Below the pieces are notes generated by a model. The model saw only the letters and a list, made by a program, of their open reading frames with translations. It was not told where the DNA came from and did not search any database. Below are positions 1 through 8,028 of a DNA stretch of 64,000 bases, piece after piece. Positions within the stretch are counted from its first letter, which is position 1, and each line of letters opens with the position of its first letter. The stretch is from Clostridia bacterium (lineage in GTDB: Bacteria > Bacillota > Clostridia > Christensenellales > UBA1242), in contig SAAW01000002.1 in the NCBI GenBank assembly GCA_009929275.1, forward strand, positions 3,171 to 67,170. Reading direction: 5' to 3'. Both the position numbers and the translations under genes were made by a program.

Positions 1-228
1 GTCATATTTGTTGTCGTTCACGCTCGTTAAATTTGTATAGTCAACATACGCATTGGCAAAATAGAGATAGTCGCCTTTGACCACGGCACTTCCGCCATTT
101 CCATAGACAGTCTCCGTTGTGTTTGGTCCACCGCTAAGATTAATTGCGTTACACGCAAAAAGAATGGTGGAAAAAGCAAAAATAAAGGCTAAAATAAACA
201 TAAATTTGTTCTTTAAAATCTTCTTCAA
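1..228 (-). CDS. Putative lipoprotein, N-terminal ~76 codons only (3' end runs off the window start)
   Basis: The minus-strand frame is open to position 1, so it has no stop and is absent from the ORF track. From TTG 228 (GAGG 9 nt upstream) it reads MKKILKNKFMFILAFIFAFSTILFAC-NAINLSGGPN: basic n-region, hydrophobic core and an L-F-A-C lipobox-like cysteine. ATG 201 is an alternative start. Confidence 0.5.
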   Translation of the reverse strand, partial: MKKILKNKFMFILAFIFAFSTILFACNAINLSGGPNTTETVYGNGGSAVVKGDYLYFANAYVDYTNLTSVNDNKYD

Positions 229-253
229 ATCAGTCAACCTCACTAGACAAACA

Positions 254-282
254 AATATAACAAATAAACAATTATTTGTCAA
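254..282 (-). promoter_or_regulatory. Sigma-A-type promoter for the partial lipoprotein gene
   Basis: Minus strand reads TTGACA (282..277), 17-nt spacer, TATATT (259..254). This lies about 25 nt upstream of the TTG 228 start. Confidence 0.5.
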
Positions 283-353
283 TTATTTCATACACATTTA
301 AAGGTTGTGCTAAATTTTTTCTTTTAAAATAAATTTTTGTTTTATAATCCTAG

Positions 354-1343
354 TCACACCAGTTGAATTTTAAGAGTTTCGCCCGTTTTCGCATCTTGAC
401 AAACAATCCAATAACCCTCTTTGTGTATGCTATTCATATCTTTTGGCAACCATTGTGCATAGTCAATCAAATCATCTGGCGGAGTTGTGCTATCGCTTGA
501 TGGAACACCATAAGATATGTATTTAAGCACATTTTCTTCATCGCTGATGAGTCCTAAAACATAAAAATTTTCTTCGCCGTCATATGTCACACGCACCCAT
601 TTTGAGTTTGGAATAATCTCCTTTAAGTCTTCATCTGGCTTATATTTTTCAAAAAGTGTTTCCACTTGGTCTTTCACTTGGCTGTAAAAATCTTTTTCTT
701 CGTCTTCGTCTTTTTTCTTATCTAACTCTTCATTTTCAAAATCTTTTTCTTTTTCTTTTATATCGTCATCATTTTGCTTTTTTGCATATATTTGTTTAAT
801 TTCGTTGAAATTATCTTTTTTTGTCAAAATCTCACTGTTATCTTTGAGAGAGTCACACCCGCTATAAAACGCTTCTCTATATTTGCATTTGGCACACTCG
901 TCAAAATAATTTTCTTTCATATCCTCTGCAAGATTGCTATCAATAATATTTTCAATTTTTTCTTCGGTTTCTTGGACATAGAGAGTGGAAGAATCTTGTG
1001 GTTTTTTCAACGCAAAAGCATCTTCAATTTTCTCATTTTCGTCGCTTGAATTGTTGCTTCCAGAAAGCAAAATCTCGGGGCAAAAAGTGTTTGAAACGTC
1101 CACAACAGCACACAAAAGATTTTTTGAAAAGTCTATGTTTTCATTCAGTTGAAATTCACTTTTCCCGTCATTCACAAAAAGTGGGATTTTCACAATCGTT
1201 TTGTCTTGCTTGATGCCAAGTGCAAGATTTTTTCCTTTGTTATTAAGGTTGAAAAACTTAATTATGCTCTTTTCATTCTCTTTAAGGCTCAAAACTGCTT
1301 TTTGATTGTCCTTAAATTCATTATTCAAAATCATCGTTTTCAT
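354..1343 (-). CDS. Hypothetical protein, 329 aa, with an acidic/lysine-rich middle and a distinct C-terminal domain
   Basis: Long ORF co-oriented with its neighbours. Middle is low-complexity (KEKEKDFENEELDKKKDEDEEKD) and there is a CxxC...C patch (DECAKCKYREAFYSGC). C-terminal block reads WVRVTYDGEENFYVLGLISDEENVLKYISYGVP...GYWIVCQDAKTGE. I recognised no family and saw no clear SD. Confidence 0.55.
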   Translation of the reverse strand: MKTMILNNEFKDNQKAVLSLKENEKSIIKFFNLNNKGKNLALGIKQDKTIVKIPLFVNDGKSEFQLNENIDFSKNLLCAVVDVSNTFCPEILLSGSNNSSDENEKIEDAFALKKPQDSSTLYVQETEEKIENIIDSNLAEDMKENYFDECAKCKYREAFYSGCDSLKDNSEILTKKDNFNEIKQIYAKKQNDDDIKEKEKDFENEELDKKKDEDEEKDFYSQVKDQVETLFEKYKPDEDLKEIIPNSKWVRVTYDGEENFYVLGLISDEENVLKYISYGVPSSDSTTPPDDLIDYAQWLPKDMNSIHKEGYWIVCQDAKTGETLKIQLV

Positions 1344-1453
1344 CGCTATTTAGACTCTCACACTCCTCATCATATTTTCTTCAATCATAACACAATTTAT
1401 TTGTCGAAATTTAACATATATAATCAATTTTTGACTTTCTTACACTAAAATAA

Positions 1454-1485
1454 AAAACATACGTATTTTTCAATATATATGTTTT
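1454..1485 (-). terminator. Weak candidate intrinsic terminator after rsmA
   Basis: Minus strand reads AAAACATA, 16-nt loop, TATGTTTT, then TTATTTT. The stem is almost all A-U, so confidence is low. Confidence 0.25.
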
Positions 1486-1519
1486 AAAAAAATATTTTGA
1501 TAAAAAGTTTTTGAAACTA

Positions 1520-2329
1520 TTAAAAAAATTTTCTAAATAATTTCACATAATCTTCTGCCGAAAGGTTCTCAGGTCGAACATTTTTGTCCAAATTCAAATC
1601 AATTAAAATGCTCTCAATTTTCTCTTTATCTGTGTTCATTTTCAAAAGATTATTAACAAGTGTTTTTCGCTTCATACTAAAACAACAACTCAAAAAGTTT
1701 TCAAATTTTTCTTTGTCAAAACTGCCAAATTTTTGGTCAATTCTTTTAATCATAATCACACAAGAATCCACTTTTGGCACAGGAAAAAACATATTTCTAT
1801 TAACCTGTTTCACCATTTTACACTCGCCAAAAGTAGACAATAATACGCTTGGAATGCCATATTCGCTTGTCGAAGGTGAGGCGATGAATCTCTCCCCCAC
1901 TTCCTTTTGAACCATCACAAACATTTTGTCTAGTTTGTTGCTCTCAAAGAAAAATTTGAACACAATCTGCGAAGTAATGTTATAGGGAATGTTTGCCACA
2001 ATATTAAAACTCTCACCCAAAAACATCTCGTCAATTTCGCTTGTATTCATTTTTAAAACGTCGCTTAAAACAATCTTCAAATTACTGTTTTGCGTTTCGA
2101 TTTTCTTGAGTTTTTCTGTGAGTGTTTTGTCAATCTCGAAACTCACAACTTTCTTAAATCTTTCTGCCAAAATCTTGGTGAGAGAGCCCATTCCCGCACC
2201 GATTTCTAATATATTGCTTGATTTTTCAAGCATCAAATCACTCACCATTTCATTCAAAAATTTGGTGTCGAAGATGAAGTTTTGACCAAACTCTTTTTTA
2301 AATCTAAACTTGCTCTTTTCTTTTTTCAT
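1520..2329 (-). CDS. rsmA: 16S rRNA (adenine1518/1519-N6)-dimethyltransferase RsmA/KsgA
   Basis: 269 aa. Contains FGQNFI, the SAM-binding motif EIGAGMGSLT and the NIPYNITS motif. SD AAAAGGAAATAAATG. Confidence 0.93.
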   Translation of the reverse strand: MKKEKSKFRFKKEFGQNFIFDTKFLNEMVSDLMLEKSSNILEIGAGMGSLTKILAERFKKVVSFEIDKTLTEKLKKIETQNSNLKIVLSDVLKMNTSEIDEMFLGESFNIVANIPYNITSQIVFKFFFESNKLDKMFVMVQKEVGERFIASPSTSEYGIPSVLLSTFGECKMVKQVNRNMFFPVPKVDSCVIMIKRIDQKFGSFDKEKFENFLSCCFSMKRKTLVNNLLKMNTDKEKIESILIDLNLDKNVRPENLSAEDYVKLFRKFF

Positions 2330-2348
2330 TTATTTCCTTTTTTATTCT

Positions 2349-2392
2349 TTCGCGTTTCTTTTTTTCGCGTTTCTTTTTTTTCGCGTTTTTCC
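2349..2392. repeat. Three direct repeats with a CGCG core in the tatD-rsmA spacer
   Basis: Plus strand reads TTCGCGTTTCTTTTT three times, with CGCG at 2351, 2366 and 2382 (period 15-16 nt). On the coding strand this is AAACGCGAAA x3, ending about 20 nt before the rsmA SD. Confidence 0.7.
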
Positions 2393-2436
2393 AAATTTAT
2401 TTAATCAAAATTTATATAAAATAAACTTTAATGTTT

Positions 2437-3201
2437 TTAAAAATTAAAAAGTCTTTTTGTGTTTTCAGCACTAATTCTAATAACTTCTTCGACTGTTAAA
2501 CCCTTGATTTCCGCCACCTTTTTCGCCACAAACTCGACAAATTTAGGCTCATTATTTTTCCCTCTGTGTGGCTCTGGGGTTAGATATGGACTGTCTGTTT
2601 CGATCAAAATTCTGTCCATCGACACACTTCTCACGACATCTAAAAGCCCTCTTGCATTTTTAAAAGTGACGATGCCATTTATGCCCAAAAAAAACCCAAA
2701 ATCGACAAGAATTTTCGCCACTTCTTCGCTTCCGCTGAAACTATGAACAACTGCTGAATGTTTGAAAAAATCGCGGTGATTTCTTATTATATCCAAAAAA
2801 TCCCCCATTGCTTCTCTCACGTGGAAAACGCACGGTAACCCCAATTTATCCGCAAGCATTATTTGCGAAACAAGCATTTCTTTTTGCCTAGTTTTACTTT
2901 CTTTTTCATAATAATAATCAAGCCCAATCTCGCCAACCGCCAAAACTTTTTTTTCTTTTGAAAGTTTTTCAATTTTTGATATGTCTTCATCTTTAAAATT
3001 TGCCACATATTCAGGGTGATAGCCCACTGTTGCAAAAATATTTGAGTTCTCTTTGGCGATTTGAACACATTGTTTTGAAGTTTCAACATCTGCCCCGCAA
3101 CACACACAAAAGATGTCTTTTTTAGAGATTTCTTCCAAAATTCTTGGCAATTCAACTTTTAATTTTTCGTCATACAAGTGACAATGCGAATCTATAATCA
3201 T
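2437..3201 (-). CDS. tatD: TatD-family metal-dependent hydrolase/DNase
   Basis: 254 aa. Contains IDSHCHL, EIGLDYYY, HSFSGS and ETDSPYLTP motifs. Confidence 0.9.
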   Translation of the reverse strand: MIIDSHCHLYDEKLKVELPRILEEISKKDIFCVCCGADVETSKQCVQIAKENSNIFATVGYHPEYVANFKDEDISKIEKLSKEKKVLAVGEIGLDYYYEKESKTRQKEMLVSQIMLADKLGLPCVFHVREAMGDFLDIIRNHRDFFKHSAVVHSFSGSEEVAKILVDFGFFLGINGIVTFKNARGLLDVVRSVSMDRILIETDSPYLTPEPHRGKNNEPKFVEFVAKKVAEIKGLTVEEVIRISAENTKRLFNF

Positions 3202-3208
3202 AAAAAAA

Positions 3209-3217
3209 ATTATAGCA
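3209..3217 (-). promoter_or_regulatory. Extended -10 element (TGcTATAAT) 7 nt upstream of the tatD ATG, making a leaderless transcript a candidate
   Basis: Minus strand reads TGC-TATAAT (3217..3209), then TTTTTTT, then ATG (3201). There is no SD in between. Confidence 0.45.
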
Positions 3218-3233
3218 TAATTATTAATATCTG

Positions 3234-3267
3234 CATACCTTTTATTAAAAATTCATACCTTTTATTA
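3234..3267 (+). repeat. 14-nt direct repeat CATACCTTTTATTA x2 abutting the spmA start
   Basis: Copies lie at 3234..3247 and 3254..3267. The last base of copy 2 is the A of the spmA ATG. Confidence 0.8.
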
Positions 3268-3839
3268 TGAGCAAAATTTGGTTTTGGTTGATATGCCTGA
3301 GCATATGTATTTTGATATATTTAAACCCTGAAATTATTCTTCCCTCAATGCTTGAAGCCAGTGAAAACACTCTCAAATTGAGCATAAGTTTGTGTGCAAT
3401 CTATTCTGTTTGGCTGGGAATTTTGCAGGTTATGGAGGACAGTGGCATAAACAAAAGTCTAAGCAAAGTTCTCTCGCCTGTCACAAGGAAAATTTTTGGC
3501 AAACTCGACCCCGTGACAAACGAACTCATTTGTATGAATATCTCGTGCAATATTCTTGGTATGGGAGGTGCCGCCACCCCGCTTGGAATGAAAGCAATGG
3601 GACGACTCGACGACGGCAGTGGCAAAGCAAACAGGCCGATGATTATGCTCATCATCTTTGCCTCCACTTCCATGCAAATCCTGCCCACGACTGTGCTTGG
3701 GCTTCGCATCACAGCAGGAAGCAATTATGCCAGCAACATAATTCTTCCCACGATAATCTCCGCTGTTTTAACAACGCTTGTCGGCATTTTTTTAGCACTC
3801 TTCATCGAGGGTATAAAAAAAAGGAAAAAAAATAAATGA
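3267..3839 (+). CDS. spmA: Spore maturation protein A-like membrane protein (nucleoside-recognition domain)
   Basis: 190 aa, multi-TM. Contains the LGMGGAATPLGMKAM motif characteristic of SpmA. Confidence 0.85.
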   Translation: MSKIWFWLICLSICILIYLNPEIILPSMLEASENTLKLSISLCAIYSVWLGILQVMEDSGINKSLSKVLSPVTRKIFGKLDPVTNELICMNISCNILGMGGAATPLGMKAMGRLDDGSGKANRPMIMLIIFASTSMQILPTTVLGLRITAGSNYASNIILPTIISAVLTTLVGIFLALFIEGIKKRKKNK

Positions 3840-4342
3840 GCGTCTATCTTTTTCCCGTTTTAATCTTATTTGTGTTCGTTTATGCGAAAATAAAAAAAGT
3901 GAATGTTTACACCAGTTTCATCTCTGGAGCAAAGCAAAGTGTGAACCTTGTCGTCAGCATTTTTCCATATCTTGTCACTATTATGATTATGGTGCAGTTC
4001 ATCAAAATAAGTGGACTTGCCCTCCTGCTTGCAAAATTAATTTCACCTTTTTTTAATCTCATCGGCATTCCAAACGAATTGTGCGAACTGGTGCTTTTAA
4101 AGCCATTCAGTGGAAACGGAAGCCTTGCCATTTTGAACGATATCTACACAACTTATGGGGTGGACAGTGCCATCGGCAGAAGTGCCAGCGTGATTGTCGG
4201 CAGTTGCGACACAGTGTTCTATGTCACCACTCTCTATTGCTCACAAACAAGCGTGCGAAAACTTTCCTATGCCATTCCAGTCGCTTTGTTTGCGACTCTT
4301 TTTGGCGCAGTCATTAGTTGTTTGCTGTGCCAAATTATGTGA
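3836..4342 (+). CDS. spmB: Spore maturation protein B-like membrane protein
   Basis: 168 aa. Contains LLKPFSGNGSLAIL...GVDSAIGRSASVIVGSCDTVFYV. ATGA overlap with the spmA stop suggests translational coupling. Confidence 0.85.
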   Translation: MSVYLFPVLILFVFVYAKIKKVNVYTSFISGAKQSVNLVVSIFPYLVTIMIMVQFIKISGLALLLAKLISPFFNLIGIPNELCELVLLKPFSGNGSLAILNDIYTTYGVDSAIGRSASVIVGSCDTVFYVTTLYCSQTSVRKLSYAIPVALFATLFGAVISCLLCQIM

Positions 4343-4393
4343 TTATCTGTTTTAAAATCTTTTAAAAATCCCATAAAAATCTAAAAATTAAAA

Positions 4394-5071
4394 TTAAGTG
4401 ATATAAGTCTTTTTAACTTCACAACCCAAAAGTCCTCTTTTCACAAATTTACAAAGCACCAAATCTGATGTGTTTTCTTTAAAAATAAATTTTAATTCTT
4501 TGCAAATAAGGTTGTTTTTCTCTGCACAAACAAGCAGTTCTTGAATTCTTTTTGAAGTGTAGATAAAATATAATTTGCCTTTTACTTTCAAAAGTTGCGA
4601 TGACGCTTTAATAATGTCTTCAAGTGTTGCCAAACTTTCATATTTTGTGGTCAAATTTTTCTTGCTAATTTTAGAAGTATCCTTTGGAAACACAAAATAT
4701 GGCGGATTGCAAATGACAACATCTGCCTTTTCAAATCCTAAAATTTTAGGCGCGTTTTTGAGGTCGTCATTCACAAACTCAATCGCATTAATTTCATTGA
4801 ATCGAAGTGTTTTAAGAGAAAGATTAAAAAGGTGTTTGTCCACCTCAAACCCTTTAATCTTTTTTGGAGCATATTTTGCATAAACAAGCACGCTTATGAC
4901 ACCACTGCCTGAACAAAGTTCGACGACAAAATCACTTTTTTTAACACAAGCAAAATCTGAAAGCATCACGCTGTCGCTCGAAAATTTATACAAACTATTG
5001 TCTTGCACAATTTTTAGGTTGTCCCGTTGTAAATCTTCCAAAATTTCATCGTTTTCAAGTTCAATTTTCAT
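4394..5071 (-). CDS. SAM-dependent N6-adenine-type methyltransferase (YabB/YfiC-like, tRNA m6A candidate)
   Basis: 225 aa. Contains the SAM motif ELCSGSG and the catalytic NPPY motif (VICNPPYF). It occupies the same position after PSP1/holB as B. subtilis yabB. Confidence 0.75.
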   Translation of the reverse strand: MKIELENDEILEDLQRDNLKIVQDNSLYKFSSDSVMLSDFACVKKSDFVVELCSGSGVISVLVYAKYAPKKIKGFEVDKHLFNLSLKTLRFNEINAIEFVNDDLKNAPKILGFEKADVVICNPPYFVFPKDTSKISKKNLTTKYESLATLEDIIKASSQLLKVKGKLYFIYTSKRIQELLVCAEKNNLICKELKFIFKENTSDLVLCKFVKRGLLGCEVKKTYIT

Positions 5072-5924
5072 CTTTTTTATCGTCGTTCTTTTTGTTGTTT
5101 TTGAATTTTCTGTCGTCCCCGCCTGATCTCTGAACGAAAGTCACATCTTTGACGTCAAAATCTTTAAAATGGACACTGCCGTCGGCACTTTCAAACTTAA
5201 CAGACAACACTTGACTTAAAAGTTTTCTATACACAACAGTCCCCACACCTTCGGCAGTTTTCACCTGCGAACCAATGCGTGGAGTAGTTGATTGTAGTTC
5301 GTTATAGACAGGGTCTTCATATGCTAGGCAACACATTAGTCTGCCACAAGCACCGCTAATTTTGACGGGATTGAGGGCTAAATCTTGCGACTTTGCCATC
5401 TTTATACTCACCTTTTCAAAATCCTTTAAGTGAGCAGCACAACAGCAAACTCTCCCACAAATGCCAATGCCTCCAACCATTTTCGCCTGATCTCTCACCC
5501 CGATTTGTTTGAGTTCAATCCTCGTGTGAAGAATGCTCGCAAGATCCCTCACAAGTTCCCTAAAATCGACTCTATTTTCACTGATGAAATCAATCAAAAC
5601 TTTTGAGCCATCAAAAGAATATTCTGCATTAACGACATTCATATCAAGTTTGAGTTTTTCGACAAGTTTTCTTGTTTCAAGCAGTGCAATTTTTTCCTTT
5701 TCCTTTATGTTTTCGTTCTGCAAAATGTCGCTCTCGCTTGCTTTTCGAAGAATTTTTTGCATACTTTCATCTTTTGTAAGCGCGTTTGACACACTCTGCA
5801 CCATTCCAAAACTTTGCCCAAGAGCACTTTCCACGACGATAAAATCGCCCTGTTTTAGAATGTCACTTGACACGAATGAAAATAGTTTTGGGTTATATCT
5901 AAACCTCACCTCTATCTTCTGCAT
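5061..5924 (-). CDS. ricT: PSP1-domain protein RicT/YaaT
   Basis: 287 aa. Contains cysteine clusters ICGRVCCCAAHL and CGRLMCCLAYE. It overlaps the holB stop by 13 nt and the methyltransferase start by 11 nt. Confidence 0.88.
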   Translation of the reverse strand: MQKIEVRFRYNPKLFSFVSSDILKQGDFIVVESALGQSFGMVQSVSNALTKDESMQKILRKASESDILQNENIKEKEKIALLETRKLVEKLKLDMNVVNAEYSFDGSKVLIDFISENRVDFRELVRDLASILHTRIELKQIGVRDQAKMVGGIGICGRVCCCAAHLKDFEKVSIKMAKSQDLALNPVKISGACGRLMCCLAYEDPVYNELQSTTPRIGSQVKTAEGVGTVVYRKLLSQVLSVKFESADGSVHFKDFDVKDVTFVQRSGGDDRKFKNNKKNDDKKDEN

Positions 5925-6883
5925 AAATATTTCACCTCCAAAATGTATAGTAATAGACTGTCTATGAGCATATCTGCATTACAGTTAGACTCCAAAATCT
6001 TTTTTGTTTCAAAAATTTTTCTTATTATCTTGTCCAAACTGTCGCCGTCATATTCCTCACAAACACTCAAAAGTTCTTTCAAATGTAATTTATTTTTCAC
6101 AAGACTTTCTTTATCAAGTTTTATGAGCAATAAGTCTCTAAATAAACTCTCAAAAATCTCCAAAACAAGCAAAATATTATCTTTTTCAGCCCTGAGTTTT
6201 GAAGAAAATTTGAGAAGGTATCTGCTGTCTTTTAGTTCTAGGATTGTATTTAGACAATTTTTAAAAGTCTGTAAAAACACATCGTCATTCAAAAACAACT
6301 CTGCCTTTTGCAATGAACCTTGTGCAATCTCCACGGCATTTTCAAGTTTTGATATTTCTTTATTTTGAAAAGCCGAGAGCATTTCCCCTTTTGAGAGTGG
6401 TTTTAATCGAACTTTTTTGCACCTTGACATTATCGTCGGCAAAATCTTGCTTGGATTTGTCACATTTAAAATAATATAAGAATTTTTTGGTGGCTCTTCC
6501 AAAATTTTAAGAAGTTTATTTTGGGCTTGCAAATTTGCACTTGAAAATTCATTGAATATAAAAATGTTTTTATCACTCTCAATGGGTTTTAAAAAAATAT
6601 TCTCAATCAAATCTTTCACATCATCTACAAGCACATTTTTGTTGTTTTTTGGATAGATCCTCACATCACTATGAGCGTCCTTATCCATTTTAAGGCAACT
6701 AATGCACTCATTGCAAGGTTTAATTTTCCCACTACACAAAAGAAATTTCGCAAAACTTTTTGAAAAATTTTCAAGCAAAACTTCATCTTGCGTTTCAAAC
6801 AAAAATGAGTTGCCGACAAGGTCTTCTCTCATAATTTCTAAAAATTGAAGATTATTTAAAATTACATTTTCATATTCGGCCAT
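5912..6883 (-). CDS. holB: DNA polymerase III delta-prime subunit
   Basis: Contains the LLKILEEPP clamp-loader motif and TIMSRC. I prefer ATG 6883 (MAEYEN), which has GGTGGG 7 nt upstream, over the ORF-track TTG 6898. Confidence 0.85.
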   Translation of the reverse strand: MAEYENVILNNLQFLEIMREDLVGNSFLFETQDEVLLENFSKSFAKFLLCSGKIKPCNECISCLKMDKDAHSDVRIYPKNNKNVLVDDVKDLIENIFLKPIESDKNIFIFNEFSSANLQAQNKLLKILEEPPKNSYIILNVTNPSKILPTIMSRCKKVRLKPLSKGEMLSAFQNKEISKLENAVEIAQGSLQKAELFLNDDVFLQTFKNCLNTILELKDSRYLLKFSSKLRAEKDNILLVLEIFESLFRDLLLIKLDKESLVKNKLHLKELLSVCEEYDGDSLDKIIRKIFETKKILESNCNADMLIDSLLLYILEVKYLCRR

Positions 6884-6902
6884 ATATATTCCCACCAAAA
6901 AA

Positions 6903-6931
6903 ATTTTAGCATACTTTAGTATTTTTTACAA
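6903..6931 (-). promoter_or_regulatory. Promoter for the holB-ricT-methyltransferase operon
   Basis: Minus strand reads TTGTAA (6931..6926), 17-nt spacer, TGc-TAAAAT (..6903). The expected TSS falls at the GGTGGG SD. Confidence 0.45.
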
Positions 6932-6962
6932 ACAAAAACAGAGGCGTTACAAAACACCCCTG
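6930..6962 (-). terminator. Intrinsic terminator after greA
   Basis: Minus strand reads CAGGGGTGTT-TTGT-AACGCCTCTG (10-bp stem including 2 G-U pairs), followed by TTTTTGTTTG. Confidence 0.6.
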
Positions 6963-6998
6963 ATAAAATTTAAAAAAATGTCTTTTGTGCTTGTTGAA

Positions 6999-7481
6999 TT
7001 ATGCTCTAATCCCAAGCACTTTCAGTCTTATGGTTGCATTGTTGTTTTGTGGCAAAATAATGTTGACATTTTCATTTATTTTTTTACCCAAAAGAGCCTT
7101 CCCAACGGGGCTGTTATTTGAAATCAAGCCTTTTGCTGGGTCGCTCTCGGTGTCGCCCACAATTTTATATTCAAATTCGTCATTAAAATCAAGGTCTTTC
7201 AATTTTACGAAACACCCAACATTAACTATTTTTGTATCAATCTTGTTTTGATTAATAACTTTCCCAAAACGAAGTTTGTTTTCAATCTCCAAAATCTCCA
7301 ATTCAACTTGTGCCTGTTCTTCTTTGGCAGCATCATATTCAGAGTTCTCACTAAGGTCGCCAAACTCTCTTGCCACTCCAATCTTTTTCGCAATTTCATC
7401 TCGTTTTTCGGATTTCAAAAAATCAAGTCTTTCTTGTAAAGCCTTGTGTCCTTCTTTTGTTAAAAAAATTTCTTCATCCAT
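6999..7481 (-). CDS. greA: Transcription elongation factor GreA
   Basis: Contains GDLSENSEYDAAKEEQ, the hallmark of GreA. I chose the start at MDEEIFLTKEG (ATG 7481) because AGGAGG lies 11 nt upstream. The ORF-track start 7502 adds 7 residues. Confidence 0.9.
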   Translation of the reverse strand: MDEEIFLTKEGHKALQERLDFLKSEKRDEIAKKIGVAREFGDLSENSEYDAAKEEQAQVELEILEIENKLRFGKVINQNKIDTKIVNVGCFVKLKDLDFNDEFEYKIVGDTESDPAKGLISNNSPVGKALLGKKINENVNIILPQNNNATIRLKVLGIRA

Positions 7482-7764
7482 AATATGTTTAACCTCCTGC
7501 ATATAAAAGTTTCAAAAAAACGGCAGTATTAACTGTATAGCCAATACAACCCTCATTTCAAAATCTCTCTATATTAAGATAATCAAAAAAATTTTTTTTG
7601 TTCATTTTTTACAATTTTCTTAATATCGAAAAAGTATAATGATTAAACTATTTTATGTCAAGAGTTTTTTTACTATTCACAATTTGCAAAAAAAGAATTA
7701 CAATATGGGACTTTTTCTGATATACTTAGTGTCGTTTAGTAAAATTGAAATAAAAGGAAGAATT

Positions 7765-8028
7765 ATGATTAGGATTTGGGCAAAAGTAATGAAAGACGAC
7801 AAAATTGTTAAAAGCATTGTGTATGAGGATTTTTCAACATTTGAAGTGGACGATTTCTTTGACTATTTGAGCAATATTTGTCACAAACTGGACCTTGCAA
7901 CCCCAATTTTGCTTGCAAAACACGTCTATCATTATGTGGCTTTCAAAAACACAAGTTTTTCACAAGCCGACTTCACAGAAGACATTTTTTTTGATAACCT
8001 TGTGCTTGAAGACGCCTCAAATTTTTGA
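7765..8028 (+). CDS. Hypothetical small protein, 87 aa
   Basis: Internal ATG 7765 is preceded by AAGGAAG 4 nt upstream. It reads MIRIWAKVMKDDKIVKSIVYEDF. The ORF-track N-terminal extension (7639..) looks non-coding. No family recognised. Confidence 0.5.
   Translation: MIRIWAKVMKDDKIVKSIVYEDFSTFEVDDFFDYLSNICHKLDLATPILLAKHVYHYVAFKNTSFSQADFTEDIFFDNLVLEDASNF

Noticed and set aside
7503-7640. Possible attenuator or small RNA in the greA leader (short hairpin ACAGT-TAAT-ACTG followed by CCGTTTTTTT), by analogy with the E. coli greA leader RNAs.
   Set aside because: The stem is only 4-5 bp, and the upstream promoter (TTGAAA-16-TATACA) is itself uncertain. It is too weak to report as a feature.
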